From an uncultured Gammaproteobacteria bacterium (GTDB lineage Bacteria > Patescibacteriota > Patescibacteriia > Magasanikbacterales > UBA922), in the NCBI GenBank assembly GCA_964390625.1, contig CAYMID010000002.1, positions 17,481 through 59,050 on the forward strand: a stretch of 41,570 bases of DNA. Reading direction: 5' to 3'. The notes below the pieces were generated by a model that was given only the letters and a program-made list of their open reading frames with translations, searched no databases and was not told where the DNA came from. The position numbers and the translations under genes are program-made. Shown one piece after another: positions 31,036 to 41,092 of the stretch (position 1 is its first letter; each line of letters opens with the position of its first letter).

Positions 31036-33546
31036 TTATAGACTACTCTCGATTGGTCCAGGAGTAGTTTTTTTAACGGCTGGGGCCACTTGAGTGCGTT
31101 CCAAAATTTCTGCTTCGACAATGCGGCGGTCGCGGCCAAATTTGAGGCGCGACAGCTGTCTAATTGCCTCTGCCCGTTCGCGGTTACCTGGCTCAAGTGG
31201 GTAGGTTTGCATGCTAAATGGCTTGCTGGCCTCGTTATCGATCAATAGTTTGGTGTAATAGGAATAAGGAGGTGGATTAAGTAGGTCAAATTGACCGAAG
31301 ACAGGGGCAAATTCTTTGGTTAGGACCTCGGCATCTTCTGGCCCGATGCGCCCCGAACAAATGGTACCAGCATTACCGAGCACAGCGTCGCGGATTTGGG
31401 CCCGACCTTTGTCATCCGTTAATTGCCCCATGTACTGGTGAGCAATGGTTAAATCCAAGCGGTATTTGCGGGCCTCTGACAAAATGGTCGCAATCGAGTC
31501 CGTGACAAAGTTTTGGAATTCGTCGATGTACAAGTAAAAATCTTTACGTTCTGATTCAGGTAATTCCGCACGACCCATGGCAGCCATTTGCAATTTGGCG
31601 ACAATAATCAAACCAAGTAGCTTGGCGTTAACTTCGCCTGTGGTCCCTTTGGACAAATTAACCAGTAAGATTTTTTGTTTATCCATGATTTCGCGAAAAT
31701 CAAAGCCAGAGCGTTGCTGCCCCATGATGTTACGCATCATCTCATTTTCTACGAAACGACCAACTTTGGAAATCAGATAACCCAACATTTCTGATTTGTG
31801 AAAATCACTCGTTTTGGCCATTTCTTTTTCCCAAAACGCCCGGACCACTGGGTCTTTTACTTTTACTAAATACTTTTTAACAAAACTATCATCAGTAAAC
31901 ATGCGGGGGATATCAATGATGGTCCCAGTGTCAGTAACATCACCCATTAACGTTAACATTACGTTACGCATGTTGTGCTCAAACATTGGGCCAATCATTT
32001 CGGGTGGAAACAATTTGTAGAAAATAGCAATCATTTCCTGTACCGCAAAATCTTTTTGGTCCTCAGTTTTTGCTTCGAGCATGTTTAACCCAATCGGCCG
32101 CTCCATGTCTGACGGGTTAAAAATAACCACGTCATCGGCCCGTTCTGGGGGGACATGAGCTAAAATATCTTCCACTAAATCACCGTGTGGATCGACGACG
32201 CAGACTCCTTTCCCAGCCAAAATATCCTGGCGGGCTAAGTTGGCCAACAACACTGATTTACCGGTTCCGGATTTACCAATAATGTATAAGTGACGACGAC
32301 GGTCAGCTTCTTTAATATACACCGGTGTATCAGTTCCGCGGTATGCCACATGACCCAACAGCAAGCCGGATTTTGGTAGGTTTGCAGGAGGTGCGGCTTT
32401 GCGTCCAGTGAGCCATTTGATATTTGGGGCTTCGGTCGAGTGCAGAGGTAAATGCCAGAGACCAGACATTTCTTCGGTGTTGAGGGTAAACATACGACCC
32501 TCGTGAAAACGGCGGAAAATGAAATCGCGAATAATTGTTTTTTGACGACGAGGAATTACGGCTTTGAATTCGTTACCGTAGCGATAAAAATTATATTGCC
32601 CAAAGGAATTAATTAAGTTTTCTAAATTCATTTGTGCTAATTCCGGTTGTTCGGATGAGCTGATAACTCGAACTGTGGCTTGCAAGCCACCTTTAGAAAT
32701 TTTTTCTTCTACCCCTTTGATCATTTCTTCTTCAAGTGAGGAGAGGGTGTAAGATTCTTTTTCGTGTTTGGCACCAGTGATTAATTCGATAATGGTGGAG
32801 ATAGCCACTTCTAACCATATCAGGGTATGGTTTTTGTGTAAGACATGTTCGAATTTTTTACCCTTGCGTACTTCGCGTACCAATTTAACACTTTTGCGAC
32901 GCCATTTGCTACCCGCGGGACGAATAACATACTGAATCGCAGCGGCGCTATTGCCATCGTGAATTTTTGCTAGCGTGTTTAATAGCGAGGCGAGTGGATC
33001 AGAGTCCAATCGTTTGTAGGTTTTGAAAGGAAGGGCAGCGGGGAGTTTGGCACGCAAATAAGCTCCAACAACTGTGCTGTGTGGACTAAAAATGTTGTAA
33101 TCCAGCATTTCTTCGATGTGCGCGTATGGATATTGAGCGTGAATTTGTTGTTCAATAAAATTGCGACGACGTGTTGGAACGGCCAAGTAAAAATAAATTA
33201 AGTTGTTGTGCATGACAATCTCGAACGCCATATGATCATTGCGTCCATTCAGCCATGCACCGAGACCTTTTTGGGGCTGTAAACCAGCCAAAGTCGAAAA
33301 AATAGTTTCGGTCAAAGCAATTTCTTCGCGAATTTGCTCTAGACGGTCGTCGGCATTGCTACTGTTACTGTTGCCTTCGCCACGCTTTTCTTTGGGGACT
33401 TGGATTTGCAAGACAATCCGGTCAAAGGCGTGACCTGTGCGCGAAAAAAAACGCGCTATACTGCGAGTAATAAACAAAAGACCTGTTCCGGCCAGGAGAA
33501 TGGCCACGCCAAGCCATACTAAAGGATCAAATTCCAGTGGAGGCAT
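31036..33546 (-). CDS. membrane-anchored VirD4/TraG/TraD-like P-loop NTPase (type IV coupling protein-like)
   Basis: N-terminal TM LVWLGVAILLAGTGLLFI. Walker A LYIIGKSGTGKS, Walker B-like FYLYIDEFQNF, and LDLTIAHQYMGQL. Confidence 0.7.
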   Translation of the reverse strand: MPPLEFDPLVWLGVAILLAGTGLLFITRSIARFFSRTGHAFDRIVLQIQVPKEKRGEGNSNSSNADDRLEQIREEIALTETIFSTLAGLQPQKGLGAWLNGRNDHMAFEIVMHNNLIYFYLAVPTRRRNFIEQQIHAQYPYAHIEEMLDYNIFSPHSTVVGAYLRAKLPAALPFKTYKRLDSDPLASLLNTLAKIHDGNSAAAIQYVIRPAGSKWRRKSVKLVREVRKGKKFEHVLHKNHTLIWLEVAISTIIELITGAKHEKESYTLSSLEEEMIKGVEEKISKGGLQATVRVISSSEQPELAQMNLENLINSFGQYNFYRYGNEFKAVIPRRQKTIIRDFIFRRFHEGRMFTLNTEEMSGLWHLPLHSTEAPNIKWLTGRKAAPPANLPKSGLLLGHVAYRGTDTPVYIKEADRRRHLYIIGKSGTGKSVLLANLARQDILAGKGVCVVDPHGDLVEDILAHVPPERADDVVIFNPSDMERPIGLNMLEAKTEDQKDFAVQEMIAIFYKLFPPEMIGPMFEHNMRNVMLTLMGDVTDTGTIIDIPRMFTDDSFVKKYLVKVKDPVVRAFWEKEMAKTSDFHKSEMLGYLISKVGRFVENEMMRNIMGQQRSGFDFREIMDKQKILLVNLSKGTTGEVNAKLLGLIIVAKLQMAAMGRAELPESERKDFYLYIDEFQNFVTDSIATILSEARKYRLDLTIAHQYMGQLTDDKGRAQIRDAVLGNAGTICSGRIGPEDAEVLTKEFAPVFGQFDLLNPPPYSYYTKLLIDNEASKPFSMQTYPLEPGNRERAEAIRQLSRLKFGRDRRIVEAEILERTQVAPAVKKTTPGPIESSL

Positions 33547-33551
33547 AGGGT

Positions 33552-34046
33552 TTAACCCTGTTGTTTAAGGGCAATAATTTTGTCTGCTTTAATTTTTGCT
33601 TCTTGCTCGAGGAAAAAATGATTTACACCGGGCAAGGTTTTGAGCCAATCTAAAATCAAACGAAAAATTTCCCGTACTTTTATTTGTTTTTTGCCTAGGT
33701 GTTCACGAAGAGCCCGGGCCGTATGTTCGCCTTTGAGTTTAAATTCCTGCTGCTGCACTGGGGTTAGTCCTTTGTAAACATCAGCCAGGCCATCTTCCAT
33801 AATAAATTCAATGCGAGCAGTGAATTGGTCAACCACGTGGTGTGGTTTGGCTGGCCGTTGGATTGCCGGTTGCACTGGGCGTGGTTTGTGCAAAGGTTCG
33901 GGTGTGGTTTTGGGTGTTTGGATTGGCTCAGCTTCGGTGGTAGTTTCGTCAATTTCAAAAATCGGCGCGGCTTCGGCCTGTTCAGCATTTGGTTGTGGAA
34001 CATCAAGCGGTTCTTGTTCGAGTGGGGAAAACGACGGTGTCGTCAT
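33552..34046 (-). CDS. conserved hypothetical protein (164 aa), Pro/Glu-rich N-terminal half
   Basis: Start MTTPSFSPLEQEP (ATG 34046). The C-terminal half (GLTPVQQQEFKLKGEHTA..LPGVNHFFLEQEAKIKADKII) resembles a family I recall from Parcubacteria-type genomes. The stop is 5 nt before the ATPase start. Confidence 0.55.
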   Translation of the reverse strand: MTTPSFSPLEQEPLDVPQPNAEQAEAAPIFEIDETTTEAEPIQTPKTTPEPLHKPRPVQPAIQRPAKPHHVVDQFTARIEFIMEDGLADVYKGLTPVQQQEFKLKGEHTARALREHLGKKQIKVREIFRLILDWLKTLPGVNHFFLEQEAKIKADKIIALKQQG

Positions 34047-34081
34047 AGTGGGCAATCTTGGCCAGTAGTATAGCAAAAAAA

Positions 34082-34108
34082 ACAAAAAACGCCCAGTCGG
34101 GCGTTTTT
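34082..34108. terminator. bidirectional intrinsic terminator after cysS
   Basis: AACGCCC-AGTC-GGGCGTT flanked by A-run and T-run. Confidence 0.75.
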
Positions 34109-34110
34109 GC

Positions 34111-35478
34111 TTAAGCTTTGTTTATGATTTGTTCGCTGCCGCGGTCTTCGATTGTAAAACCAACGGCCATAATAGCGTCACGGAGGCGGTCGCTCTCGGC
34201 CCAATTTTTGGTTGCGCGAGCGGTTGCGCGTTCGACTAGCATTGTCTGGATTTCGGGCGGAATGTCCAATACTTCAACTGCTTCGATTTTAAGTAAATCA
34301 AGTCCTAAGACCTCGTCAAACTGGGCAACCAAAGTCTGATCAATGGTTTTCGCTTTAACTGCGTCCCACAAAATCGCCACTGCTTGTGCCGTGTTTAGGT
34401 CATCATTTACTGCAGCCATGAACTCGGCTTGCACGCCAACATTATCACTGCCATTTGCCGGGAGTTTTTTAATTTCTTTCCGCAAATTTTTTAACCCCGT
34501 ATCTGCAGCTTGGACAGCCTCTAAACTAAATTGGAGCTGTTTGCGATAGTGAGCTTGCAAAACAAAGTAACGATAAGCTAGAGGGGATAAACCTTGCTCG
34601 GTGATTGTTTGGAGTGTGAAAAAATTTCCACCTGACTTTGACATTTTTTCACCACCAATCTGAATATGTTCACCATGTACCCAGTATTTAACCCATGGAA
34701 TTTGGCCAGTAATGCCCTCGGCCTGCGCAATTTCGTTGGTGTGGTGAACAGGGATTAGATCAATGCCGCCCGCGTGGATATCAAATTGGTTGCCCAAATA
34801 CTTCATGCTCATGGCCGAGCATTCAATGTGCCAACCAGGAAAGCCCATGCGCCCAAAGGCTTCCCATTCCATTTGGCGTTTTTCATCTGTAGGTGAAAAT
34901 TTCCAGAGCGCAAAATCATGTTCGTTCTTTTTCTCACCCATATCCACGCGTGCACCAGCTTGTAAATCTTGTTTATTGAGGAGGGCAAGTTTGCCGTAGT
35001 CTGGTAATTGGGTCGTGTCAAAATAAATACCATCGCTCGTTTCATACGTCAGGCCTTTGTCAATTAAAGCTTGGACCTGTGCAACCTGTTCGGCGATGTG
35101 GTCGGTCGCTTTGCATAAAGTATGTGGAGGCAGATTATTCAGAGCTTTCATATCAGCCAAAAATGCCTCAGTGTAAAATGCGGCGACTTCCCAAGCGGTT
35201 TTGCCTTCGCGACGGGAACCTTTTTCCATCTTATCTTCACCAGCATCACCATCATCGGTTAAGTGGCCGACGTCAGTGATGTTCATGATGTGTTTTACAG
35301 GGTAACCATCAACTTGGAGAACTCGGCGCAAAATGTCACCTAAAATATATGTGCGTAAATTACCAATGTGCGTAAAATGATACACTGTCGGCCCGCAAGC
35401 ATAAAAACCAACCTCGGTTGGGTTGCGAGGCACAAATTGTTCACGCTGACGAGTAAGGGTATTATAGAGGGTAAGCAT
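34111..35478 (-). CDS. cysS: cysteine--tRNA ligase
   Basis: YACGPTVYHFTHIGN (HIGH region), KMSKSGGN, and class I CysRS architecture. Confidence 0.95.
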   Translation of the reverse strand: MLTLYNTLTRQREQFVPRNPTEVGFYACGPTVYHFTHIGNLRTYILGDILRRVLQVDGYPVKHIMNITDVGHLTDDGDAGEDKMEKGSRREGKTAWEVAAFYTEAFLADMKALNNLPPHTLCKATDHIAEQVAQVQALIDKGLTYETSDGIYFDTTQLPDYGKLALLNKQDLQAGARVDMGEKKNEHDFALWKFSPTDEKRQMEWEAFGRMGFPGWHIECSAMSMKYLGNQFDIHAGGIDLIPVHHTNEIAQAEGITGQIPWVKYWVHGEHIQIGGEKMSKSGGNFFTLQTITEQGLSPLAYRYFVLQAHYRKQLQFSLEAVQAADTGLKNLRKEIKKLPANGSDNVGVQAEFMAAVNDDLNTAQAVAILWDAVKAKTIDQTLVAQFDEVLGLDLLKIEAVEVLDIPPEIQTMLVERATARATKNWAESDRLRDAIMAVGFTIEDRGSEQIINKA

Positions 35479-35507
35479 ATGAGCCTATCCTACCGTAGCC
35501 ATCGCAT

Positions 35508-35536
35508 TTGCGCAAGGCAGGGGAGTGCGCTATAAT
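35508..35536 (+). promoter_or_regulatory. putative sigma70 promoter
   Basis: TTGCGC-17 nt-TATAAT, 19 nt upstream of the ATG at 35556. Confidence 0.45.
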
Positions 35537-35555
35537 TAGCTTGCTTAAACCTTCT

Positions 35556-36278
35556 ATGACCCACTCACCACACCATCACCCTGACGTGCGTTGGTTAATT
35601 GCGGTAACAGCCGTGGTTACGGCCCTGGCGGCTGGCGGCTTGGCGTATGTTTCGTTTATGAATGATACAGCGGCTGACCGGGTATCAGTTCGAAACAGTC
35701 CGCTGGCTTTGCAAATTGCCAAAATCGAAGAAATGCAGCGCCGGAATAATAGCCTGCAAGATGTGGTTGCTAATTTACAATATGAGCTTAAAGCTGCTCG
35801 TGAAAATCCTGCGCTTCCGGCAATTAGTACCTCAACTTACAATTTTGGCAGTAAGCACGGGCTTGCGGCTACGTTTCCGGCTGGTTGGCAATTAGTGGCC
35901 GCCCCATTGGATGGTTATGCTAGTTTAGCCGAAGCTCAAGCGACTGGAGCAAATTTTTTTGTCATGGCCTGGCCTGGAGCTACTCCTGCCCAGACTACAC
36001 TCGTGCAGGTAGAAGTGTTTGCAGATGCGTTGCCAAATTCACTTAGCAAGTGGATTAACTCTGTTCAACCCAATGCAAAAGTTGAAGATTTTAAAATTGG
36101 TGGTCAAGATGCCAAACGTGTACGAAACGTGAACAGCCTTAAGGTGCCACAATTAGCCTATTATCAATTGGCAAACGGGCGCGGTCTGCGGATTCAAGTT
36201 AATCCTGCTACCACCACTCACCAGGCCGAAATTGAACGTGCATTCCTGTCTCTTAAATTTACTAGCAGTACCCCGTAA
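35556..36278 (+). CDS. hypothetical membrane-anchored protein
   Basis: MTHSPHHHPD, one TM segment (WLIAVTAVVTALAAGGLAYV), a short coiled segment and a C-terminal globular part. No family recognised. Confidence 0.55.
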   Translation: MTHSPHHHPDVRWLIAVTAVVTALAAGGLAYVSFMNDTAADRVSVRNSPLALQIAKIEEMQRRNNSLQDVVANLQYELKAARENPALPAISTSTYNFGSKHGLAATFPAGWQLVAAPLDGYASLAEAQATGANFFVMAWPGATPAQTTLVQVEVFADALPNSLSKWINSVQPNAKVEDFKIGGQDAKRVRNVNSLKVPQLAYYQLANGRGLRIQVNPATTTHQAEIERAFLSLKFTSSTP

Positions 36279-36280
36279 CT

Positions 36281-36970
36281 ATGACTAAATCAGTGACTGT
36301 AATTTCCATTGGCGGCTCGATTTTGGTGCCAGCTTCTGGCTTTGATCCCGCTTTTCTCAAAAAATTTTTTACCTTAATTCGCAACGCTGCCAAACATGGG
36401 CAGCGTTTTATTTTAATTATTGGTGGCGGTGCCACGGCTCGAATGTATCAGCAAGCCGCGTCTGTTACAACCAAAATTAGCGTCGTGGACCGTGATTGGA
36501 TTGGCATTTACAGCACTATTTTGAATGCACAGTGGGTGCGTTTGATGCTTAAAGACATTGCCTATCCCGAATTAATTTCGGTCAGTAAAAAAGTAAATAC
36601 ACGCGCACGAGTACTGGTAACTGGTGGTGATAAACCAGGGGCAACCAGTGATTTGCCAGCGGTAAAGTTAGCCAAGTTGTATGGCGCCAAAGAAGTCCTC
36701 AATTTATCAAATATCGCTTGTGTATACACCAAAGATCCACGGCAGAATGCAGACGCCAGGCCAGTCAAAAACATCACTTGGCGAGAATTCCGGCGTACAA
36801 TTGTGGGTTCAAAATATGAACCAGGCATGAGTGCTCCATTTGACCCTGTGGCCAGTCGCTGGGCCGAGCAGCAAGGCCTAACAGTTAAGGTATTAGATGG
36901 ACGCGATTTGGCCGAGGTAAAACGGGCTTTAGCTGGTCAGGCGATTAAGGGGACGACAATCCATCCCTAA
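36281..36970 (+). CDS. pyrH: UMP kinase, short archaeal-type amino-acid-kinase fold
   Basis: VISIGGSILVP, FILIIGGGATAR, VTGGDKPGATSD. At 229 aa it matches the archaeal-type PyrH length. Confidence 0.7.
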   Translation: MTKSVTVISIGGSILVPASGFDPAFLKKFFTLIRNAAKHGQRFILIIGGGATARMYQQAASVTTKISVVDRDWIGIYSTILNAQWVRLMLKDIAYPELISVSKKVNTRARVLVTGGDKPGATSDLPAVKLAKLYGAKEVLNLSNIACVYTKDPRQNADARPVKNITWREFRRTIVGSKYEPGMSAPFDPVASRWAEQQGLTVKVLDGRDLAEVKRALAGQAIKGTTIHP

Positions 36971-37010
36971 CCTTGCCAATCAGCCCTAAAACCAGTAGAG
37001 TGGAAGGGCT

Positions 37011-38825
37011 ATGTCTGACACGCAACTGATTAAAGACAAAATCGATGTGGTGACCTTGGTTGGTGAGTATGTCGCTTTGAAACCAGCCGGCATAAATCAC
37101 AAAGGTTTGTGCCCTTTTCATCGAGAAAAATCACCTTCATTTATGGTCAACCGCGAGCGTCAAAACTGGCATTGTTTTGGTTGCGGCAAGGGTGGTGATA
37201 TTTTTTCATTTGTCCAAGAAATCGAGGGCATGGAATTCCGTGAGGCCCTGCAATTTTTAGCGCAGCGGGCAGGCGTTACTTTAACTGAGCGACCAACAAC
37301 AGGTGGTGGAAATACAAATCAAAAATCACAATTAAAAGATATCATGGCCGAGGCGGCGCGCTTTTACCATAAAGTTTTAACCGAACTGCCAGCGGCCCAA
37401 GCTGCTCGTGATTATTTACTTAAGCGCGGCTTAAAATCCGAAACCATCGAAGCGTGGCAGATTGGTTTTGTGCCAGATCAATGGGAATTATTGACGCAAT
37501 ATTTGTTTAAAAAAGGGTTTGGGGTTGATGACCTCGTGGCCTCGGGTTTGACCATTAAACGCGAGGGCGCACAAGCTGGTGGGCGTGGTTTTTATGATCG
37601 CTTTCGCGGTCGGATTATGTTCCCAATTTGGGATGTGCACGACACGGTGGTTGGCTTTACCGGTCGCGTGTTAGTGGAGACCGAAAATTCTGGCGGTAAA
37701 TATGTAAACACACCGCAAACAGCTTTGTACGATAAATCACGGGTCGTGTTTGGATTAAACAAAGCCAAAGCCGCAATTCGTGAACAAGGTTTTGCGGTTA
37801 TGGTTGAAGGGCAAATGGATGTAATTGCTTGTCACCAGGCGGGTATGACCAATGTTGTCGCGACCAGTGGAACAGCTATGACCGAGTGGCAAATTAGTTT
37901 ATTAAAACGGTATGCGCCAACGATTTTGATTGCTTTTGATGGTGATAGTGCTGGGCAGCAAGCGGCCGAACGGGGGATTGATTTGGCCCGCAGTGGAGGG
38001 TTGGCCGTAAAGGTCATTCGGTTGGCTCCAGAGGCAGGCAAGGACGCAGACGAGGCGTTACAAAAAAATCCGCAAGCGTGGTGGGACGCGGTTAAACAAG
38101 CCAGTGATATTATGGAGTGGTATTTACAGCGTGGCCTGAACGCGAATATGTCTGACCCACGGGCCCGCCAAGAAGCGATGAATTATGTTCTCCAAAAAAT
38201 CGTGGTGATTCCTTATGCGGTTGAACGGGATTTTTGGTTACGAGAATTAGCTGGCCGCACTGGCGAGGATATTGCGGTGCTCCGGGAAAACATCAAGGAG
38301 CTCAAGCAGACTGGTGCTGGTCCGATTAAGGCTAAACCAGTGGAGTCTGAACCAGTTAGTCAAAAACCGGCTGTTTTACCGCGTCATAGCCAGTTGGCCG
38401 AGCGGTGGTTAGTTTTGGGGTTAAAATTCCCCAAGTCTTTGGTTACATTTTGCCAAAATCCTGACCCAGCCATGGAGGTCGCCATCCAAACCACCCAGCA
38501 CCTGGCCCCCCTTTACGAAGCCATTAAAACCCAGTATACTGCCACTGCGGGCTTAGATGTGCCTAGCCTCCGTGAAGTTTTGTATGACCAAACCGCCGGA
38601 GCTGAGAATCTAGTCGACGTCCTACTCATGAGGGGAGAGTTGGATTTTTTTGGTTTACAGGAGCCCCAAGCGCGCCTGGAAATGAGTACAATCCAACAGG
38701 CCTTGCACCAAGACTGGCTTAAAAGCCGTCGCAGTGAATTGGTTCAAGCCTTAACCGCCGCAGAAAAAGTCAATGACTCAGCCGCAATCCAGCGTCTTTT
38801 GACTGAACTGCAAAACCTTCACTAA
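37011..38825 (+). CDS. dnaG: DNA primase
   Basis: Zinc-binding CPFHREKSPSF..WHCFGCGKGGD, TOPRIM domain (EGQMDV, FDGDSAGQQAA). Confidence 0.95.
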   Translation: MSDTQLIKDKIDVVTLVGEYVALKPAGINHKGLCPFHREKSPSFMVNRERQNWHCFGCGKGGDIFSFVQEIEGMEFREALQFLAQRAGVTLTERPTTGGGNTNQKSQLKDIMAEAARFYHKVLTELPAAQAARDYLLKRGLKSETIEAWQIGFVPDQWELLTQYLFKKGFGVDDLVASGLTIKREGAQAGGRGFYDRFRGRIMFPIWDVHDTVVGFTGRVLVETENSGGKYVNTPQTALYDKSRVVFGLNKAKAAIREQGFAVMVEGQMDVIACHQAGMTNVVATSGTAMTEWQISLLKRYAPTILIAFDGDSAGQQAAERGIDLARSGGLAVKVIRLAPEAGKDADEALQKNPQAWWDAVKQASDIMEWYLQRGLNANMSDPRARQEAMNYVLQKIVVIPYAVERDFWLRELAGRTGEDIAVLRENIKELKQTGAGPIKAKPVESEPVSQKPAVLPRHSQLAERWLVLGLKFPKSLVTFCQNPDPAMEVAIQTTQHLAPLYEAIKTQYTATAGLDVPSLREVLYDQTAGAENLVDVLLMRGELDFFGLQEPQARLEMSTIQQALHQDWLKSRRSELVQALTAAEKVNDSAAIQRLLTELQNLH

Positions 38826-38842
38826 CGTAATTTACTCGTCAC

Positions 38843-40156
38843 ATGGCCAAGCCAACCTCCAAACGCCCGGTCAAAAAAACCAAGCCAGCGGTCAAGCCAG
38901 CTAAGTCGGCCAAAAAGCCAGCGGTCAAAAAAATCATCTCCAAAGCCGCGGCCAAGGCCAAGCGGGCTGCGGCCTCGTTAAAAGCCAAAACAGCTTCACA
39001 GTTTCGCCCTAAAGCGCAGGCAACTCCGCGCGCAACCGAGCCAAACGAACCAATTGTGGAGCCAACCGAGGAGCAGATTAAGCACCTTATCGACAAAGGG
39101 CGCAACCGTGGTTTTTTGACCGAAAAAGAAGTTTTGGCCCTTTTTCCATACTTAGAACACTACGTTCCAACCTACGAGTTTTTTGTCCTGCTTATGGACA
39201 AAAATAGCATCTCGCTGGTGCAGGCCCAGGACAACTTGCTTGGCATGCAGGTGAATAAACAAGAATTTGTCACTGGCCTCCAGGGTGAACAGCCAGATCA
39301 AGAAGAGGGTTACTTTGACCTCGGTAGTATTTCGCAAGATTCCATTCAAATGTATTTGCGCGAAATTGGTAAAGTGCCACTTCTCAATATGGAAGAGGAG
39401 GTTGCGCTTGCTAAACGCAAAGAACGTGGTGACAAAGATGCCGAGCGCCGCATGATCGAAGCGAACTTGCGTCTCGTAGTTTCGATTGCCAAAAAATTTG
39501 TGGGCAAAAGTTTGTCACTGCTCGACTTGATCCAAGAGGGGAACATTGGTCTGTTCCGCGCTGTGAAAAAATTTGATTATCGCAAGGGTTACAAATTCTC
39601 GACCTACGCCACCTGGTGGATTCGTCAGGCCATTACGCGCGCGCTCGCTGACCATTCGCGCACCATCCGCATTCCAGTACACATGGTGGAAACTATCAAT
39701 CGTTTGCAACAAGTCGAACGCCGCCTCTTACAGGACCTGGGTCGCGACGCTACGCCCGAAGAAATTGCCGCCGAAATGGGCGAAGAGGTTGAAAAAGTTA
39801 AACACATTATTAAAATTTCGCAGGACACAGTGTCGCTCGAGACTTCGGTTGGTGACGATGACGACGACGATTCGTCACTCTCGGACTTTATCGAAGACGT
39901 TAAAAACGTTAGTCCAGCCGCCGCAGCTGGTGCCGAACTTCTCAAAGAATACATTCAAGACGCCATCATGGACCTCGCCCCACGTGAACGCAAGATTCTC
40001 GAAATGCGTTTCGGCCTCGTGGACGGCGTCACTCACACCCTCGAAGAAGTGGGTAAAGAATTCGGCGTCACGCGCGAGCGCATCCGCCAAATCGAAGCCA
40101 AAGCCCTCGACAAGATCAAGGACTTTGCGGTTATCGATAAGTTGCGCGATTACTAG
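38843..40156 (+). CDS. rpoD: primary-type RNA polymerase sigma-70 factor with Lys/Ala/Pro-rich N-terminal tail
   Basis: Region 2 ([36 protein letters not shown]), region 3 and region 4 ([20 protein letters not shown]). The N-terminal ~55 aa are AKKPAVK-type repeats. Confidence 0.9.
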   Translation: MAKPTSKRPVKKTKPAVKPAKSAKKPAVKKIISKAAAKAKRAAASLKAKTASQFRPKAQATPRATEPNEPIVEPTEEQIKHLIDKGRNRGFLTEKEVLALFPYLEHYVPTYEFFVLLMDKNSISLVQAQDNLLGMQVNKQEFVTGLQGEQPDQEEGYFDLGSISQDSIQMYLREIGKVPLLNMEEEVALAKRKERGDKDAERRMIEANLRLVVSIAKKFVGKSLSLLDLIQEGNIGLFRAVKKFDYRKGYKFSTYATWWIRQAITRALADHSRTIRIPVHMVETINRLQQVERRLLQDLGRDATPEEIAAEMGEEVEKVKHIIKISQDTVSLETSVGDDDDDDSSLSDFIEDVKNVSPAAAAGAELLKEYIQDAIMDLAPRERKILEMRFGLVDGVTHTLEEVGKEFGVTRERIRQIEAKALDKIKDFAVIDKLRDY

Positions 40157-40168
40157 TATTTTTAAATT

Positions 40169-40199
40169 AAAAAAGACACCAGTGTATGGTGTCTTTTTG
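40169..40199. terminator. bidirectional intrinsic terminator after rpoD
   Basis: A-run, AGACACC-AGTGTAT-GGTGTCT, T-run. Confidence 0.75.
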
Positions 40200-40200
40200 T

Positions 40201-40230
40201 TTTAAAGTAATGGGATTCAATTACTTTAAA
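40201..40230. repeat. perfect 11-bp inverted repeat
   Basis: TTTAAAGTAAT-8 nt-ATTACTTTAAA, read directly. Confidence 0.8.
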
Positions 40231-40303
40231 TGAGAAAGAGGTGGTACTTCCAAGCCAATGTAAATTCCCTGAAGAAATATTCGCAGATTGCGAGGAAATG
40301 AAC

Positions 40304-41092
40304 TTAGGGTTTTGAGTGTGTTTTTGGTAGGGCAGTCATTGGTGCGCTTTGGCGACAATCAATAAAACTTGGTTGCAATTGTCCGCTACCTGTTTTGTCC
40401 GTCAGCATGAATTCGTAATAACCAGGCCGAAATTGCATCTCGCGACCTTCGCCTTCGTGTGGAATGCTCATGATTGTTTGGTGCAAAAGTTCACGCAAAG
40501 GTGCTCCATCTGGTGCCTCAGCATCATCCCACGAGTAGCGAAAACTATTGGCGTAAGGGTCGCGTGTAACGGTGTAGCGCTCGCCATGTTCTGCGGGATT
40601 GTAGCGCCCTTCAGCCATTACACCCTGATTGCCATGAATAAATTCCGCTAATAGGTTTCCATCGGAACTAATAATTATATTGCCACCATAAATTTGTGGA
40701 TAATTATCCGCAATCCACACATCAAATTCCGCCGTGTCCAAATTGTGTTTACAAATGGTTTCCTCAACAAACGGTCGGACGTCTGCACTAGTTAAGCCAC
40801 TTTTGCGGTAGCGACCAGCTCCAGCTCCGCGTTTTTCCATAAGCACAAACCAATTATTTTTGGCATCAGCTGGTGCGATTTCTTCAATATGTTCCAAAAA
40901 ATCAGGTAACGTAAATTCGCGCACCGTATCGCGTGGCAGGCCTAATTCCTCAAGTAATTTAAATCCTTCTTTACGTTGGGCATTGAAGTCCTTGATTAAA
41001 GATTTAATGGCTGGGTTGTGAAGTTCCGGATTCGCATCTAATTTTGTGCCCCAGTCGCGCATTGACTGTGGCGAGGATTTATTTTCGGCCAT
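40304..41092 (-). CDS. hypothetical protein (~262 aa)
   Basis: Long ORF with globular composition and no family recognised. The ATG at 41092 overlaps the upstream NUDIX stop by 14 nt. The TTG at 41101 and the ATG at 41062 are alternative starts. Confidence 0.55.
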   Translation of the reverse strand: MAENKSSPQSMRDWGTKLDANPELHNPAIKSLIKDFNAQRKEGFKLLEELGLPRDTVREFTLPDFLEHIEEIAPADAKNNWFVLMEKRGAGAGRYRKSGLTSADVRPFVEETICKHNLDTAEFDVWIADNYPQIYGGNIIISSDGNLLAEFIHGNQGVMAEGRYNPAEHGERYTVTRDPYANSFRYSWDDAEAPDGAPLRELLHQTIMSIPHEGEGREMQFRPGYYEFMLTDKTGSGQLQPSFIDCRQSAPMTALPKTHSKP

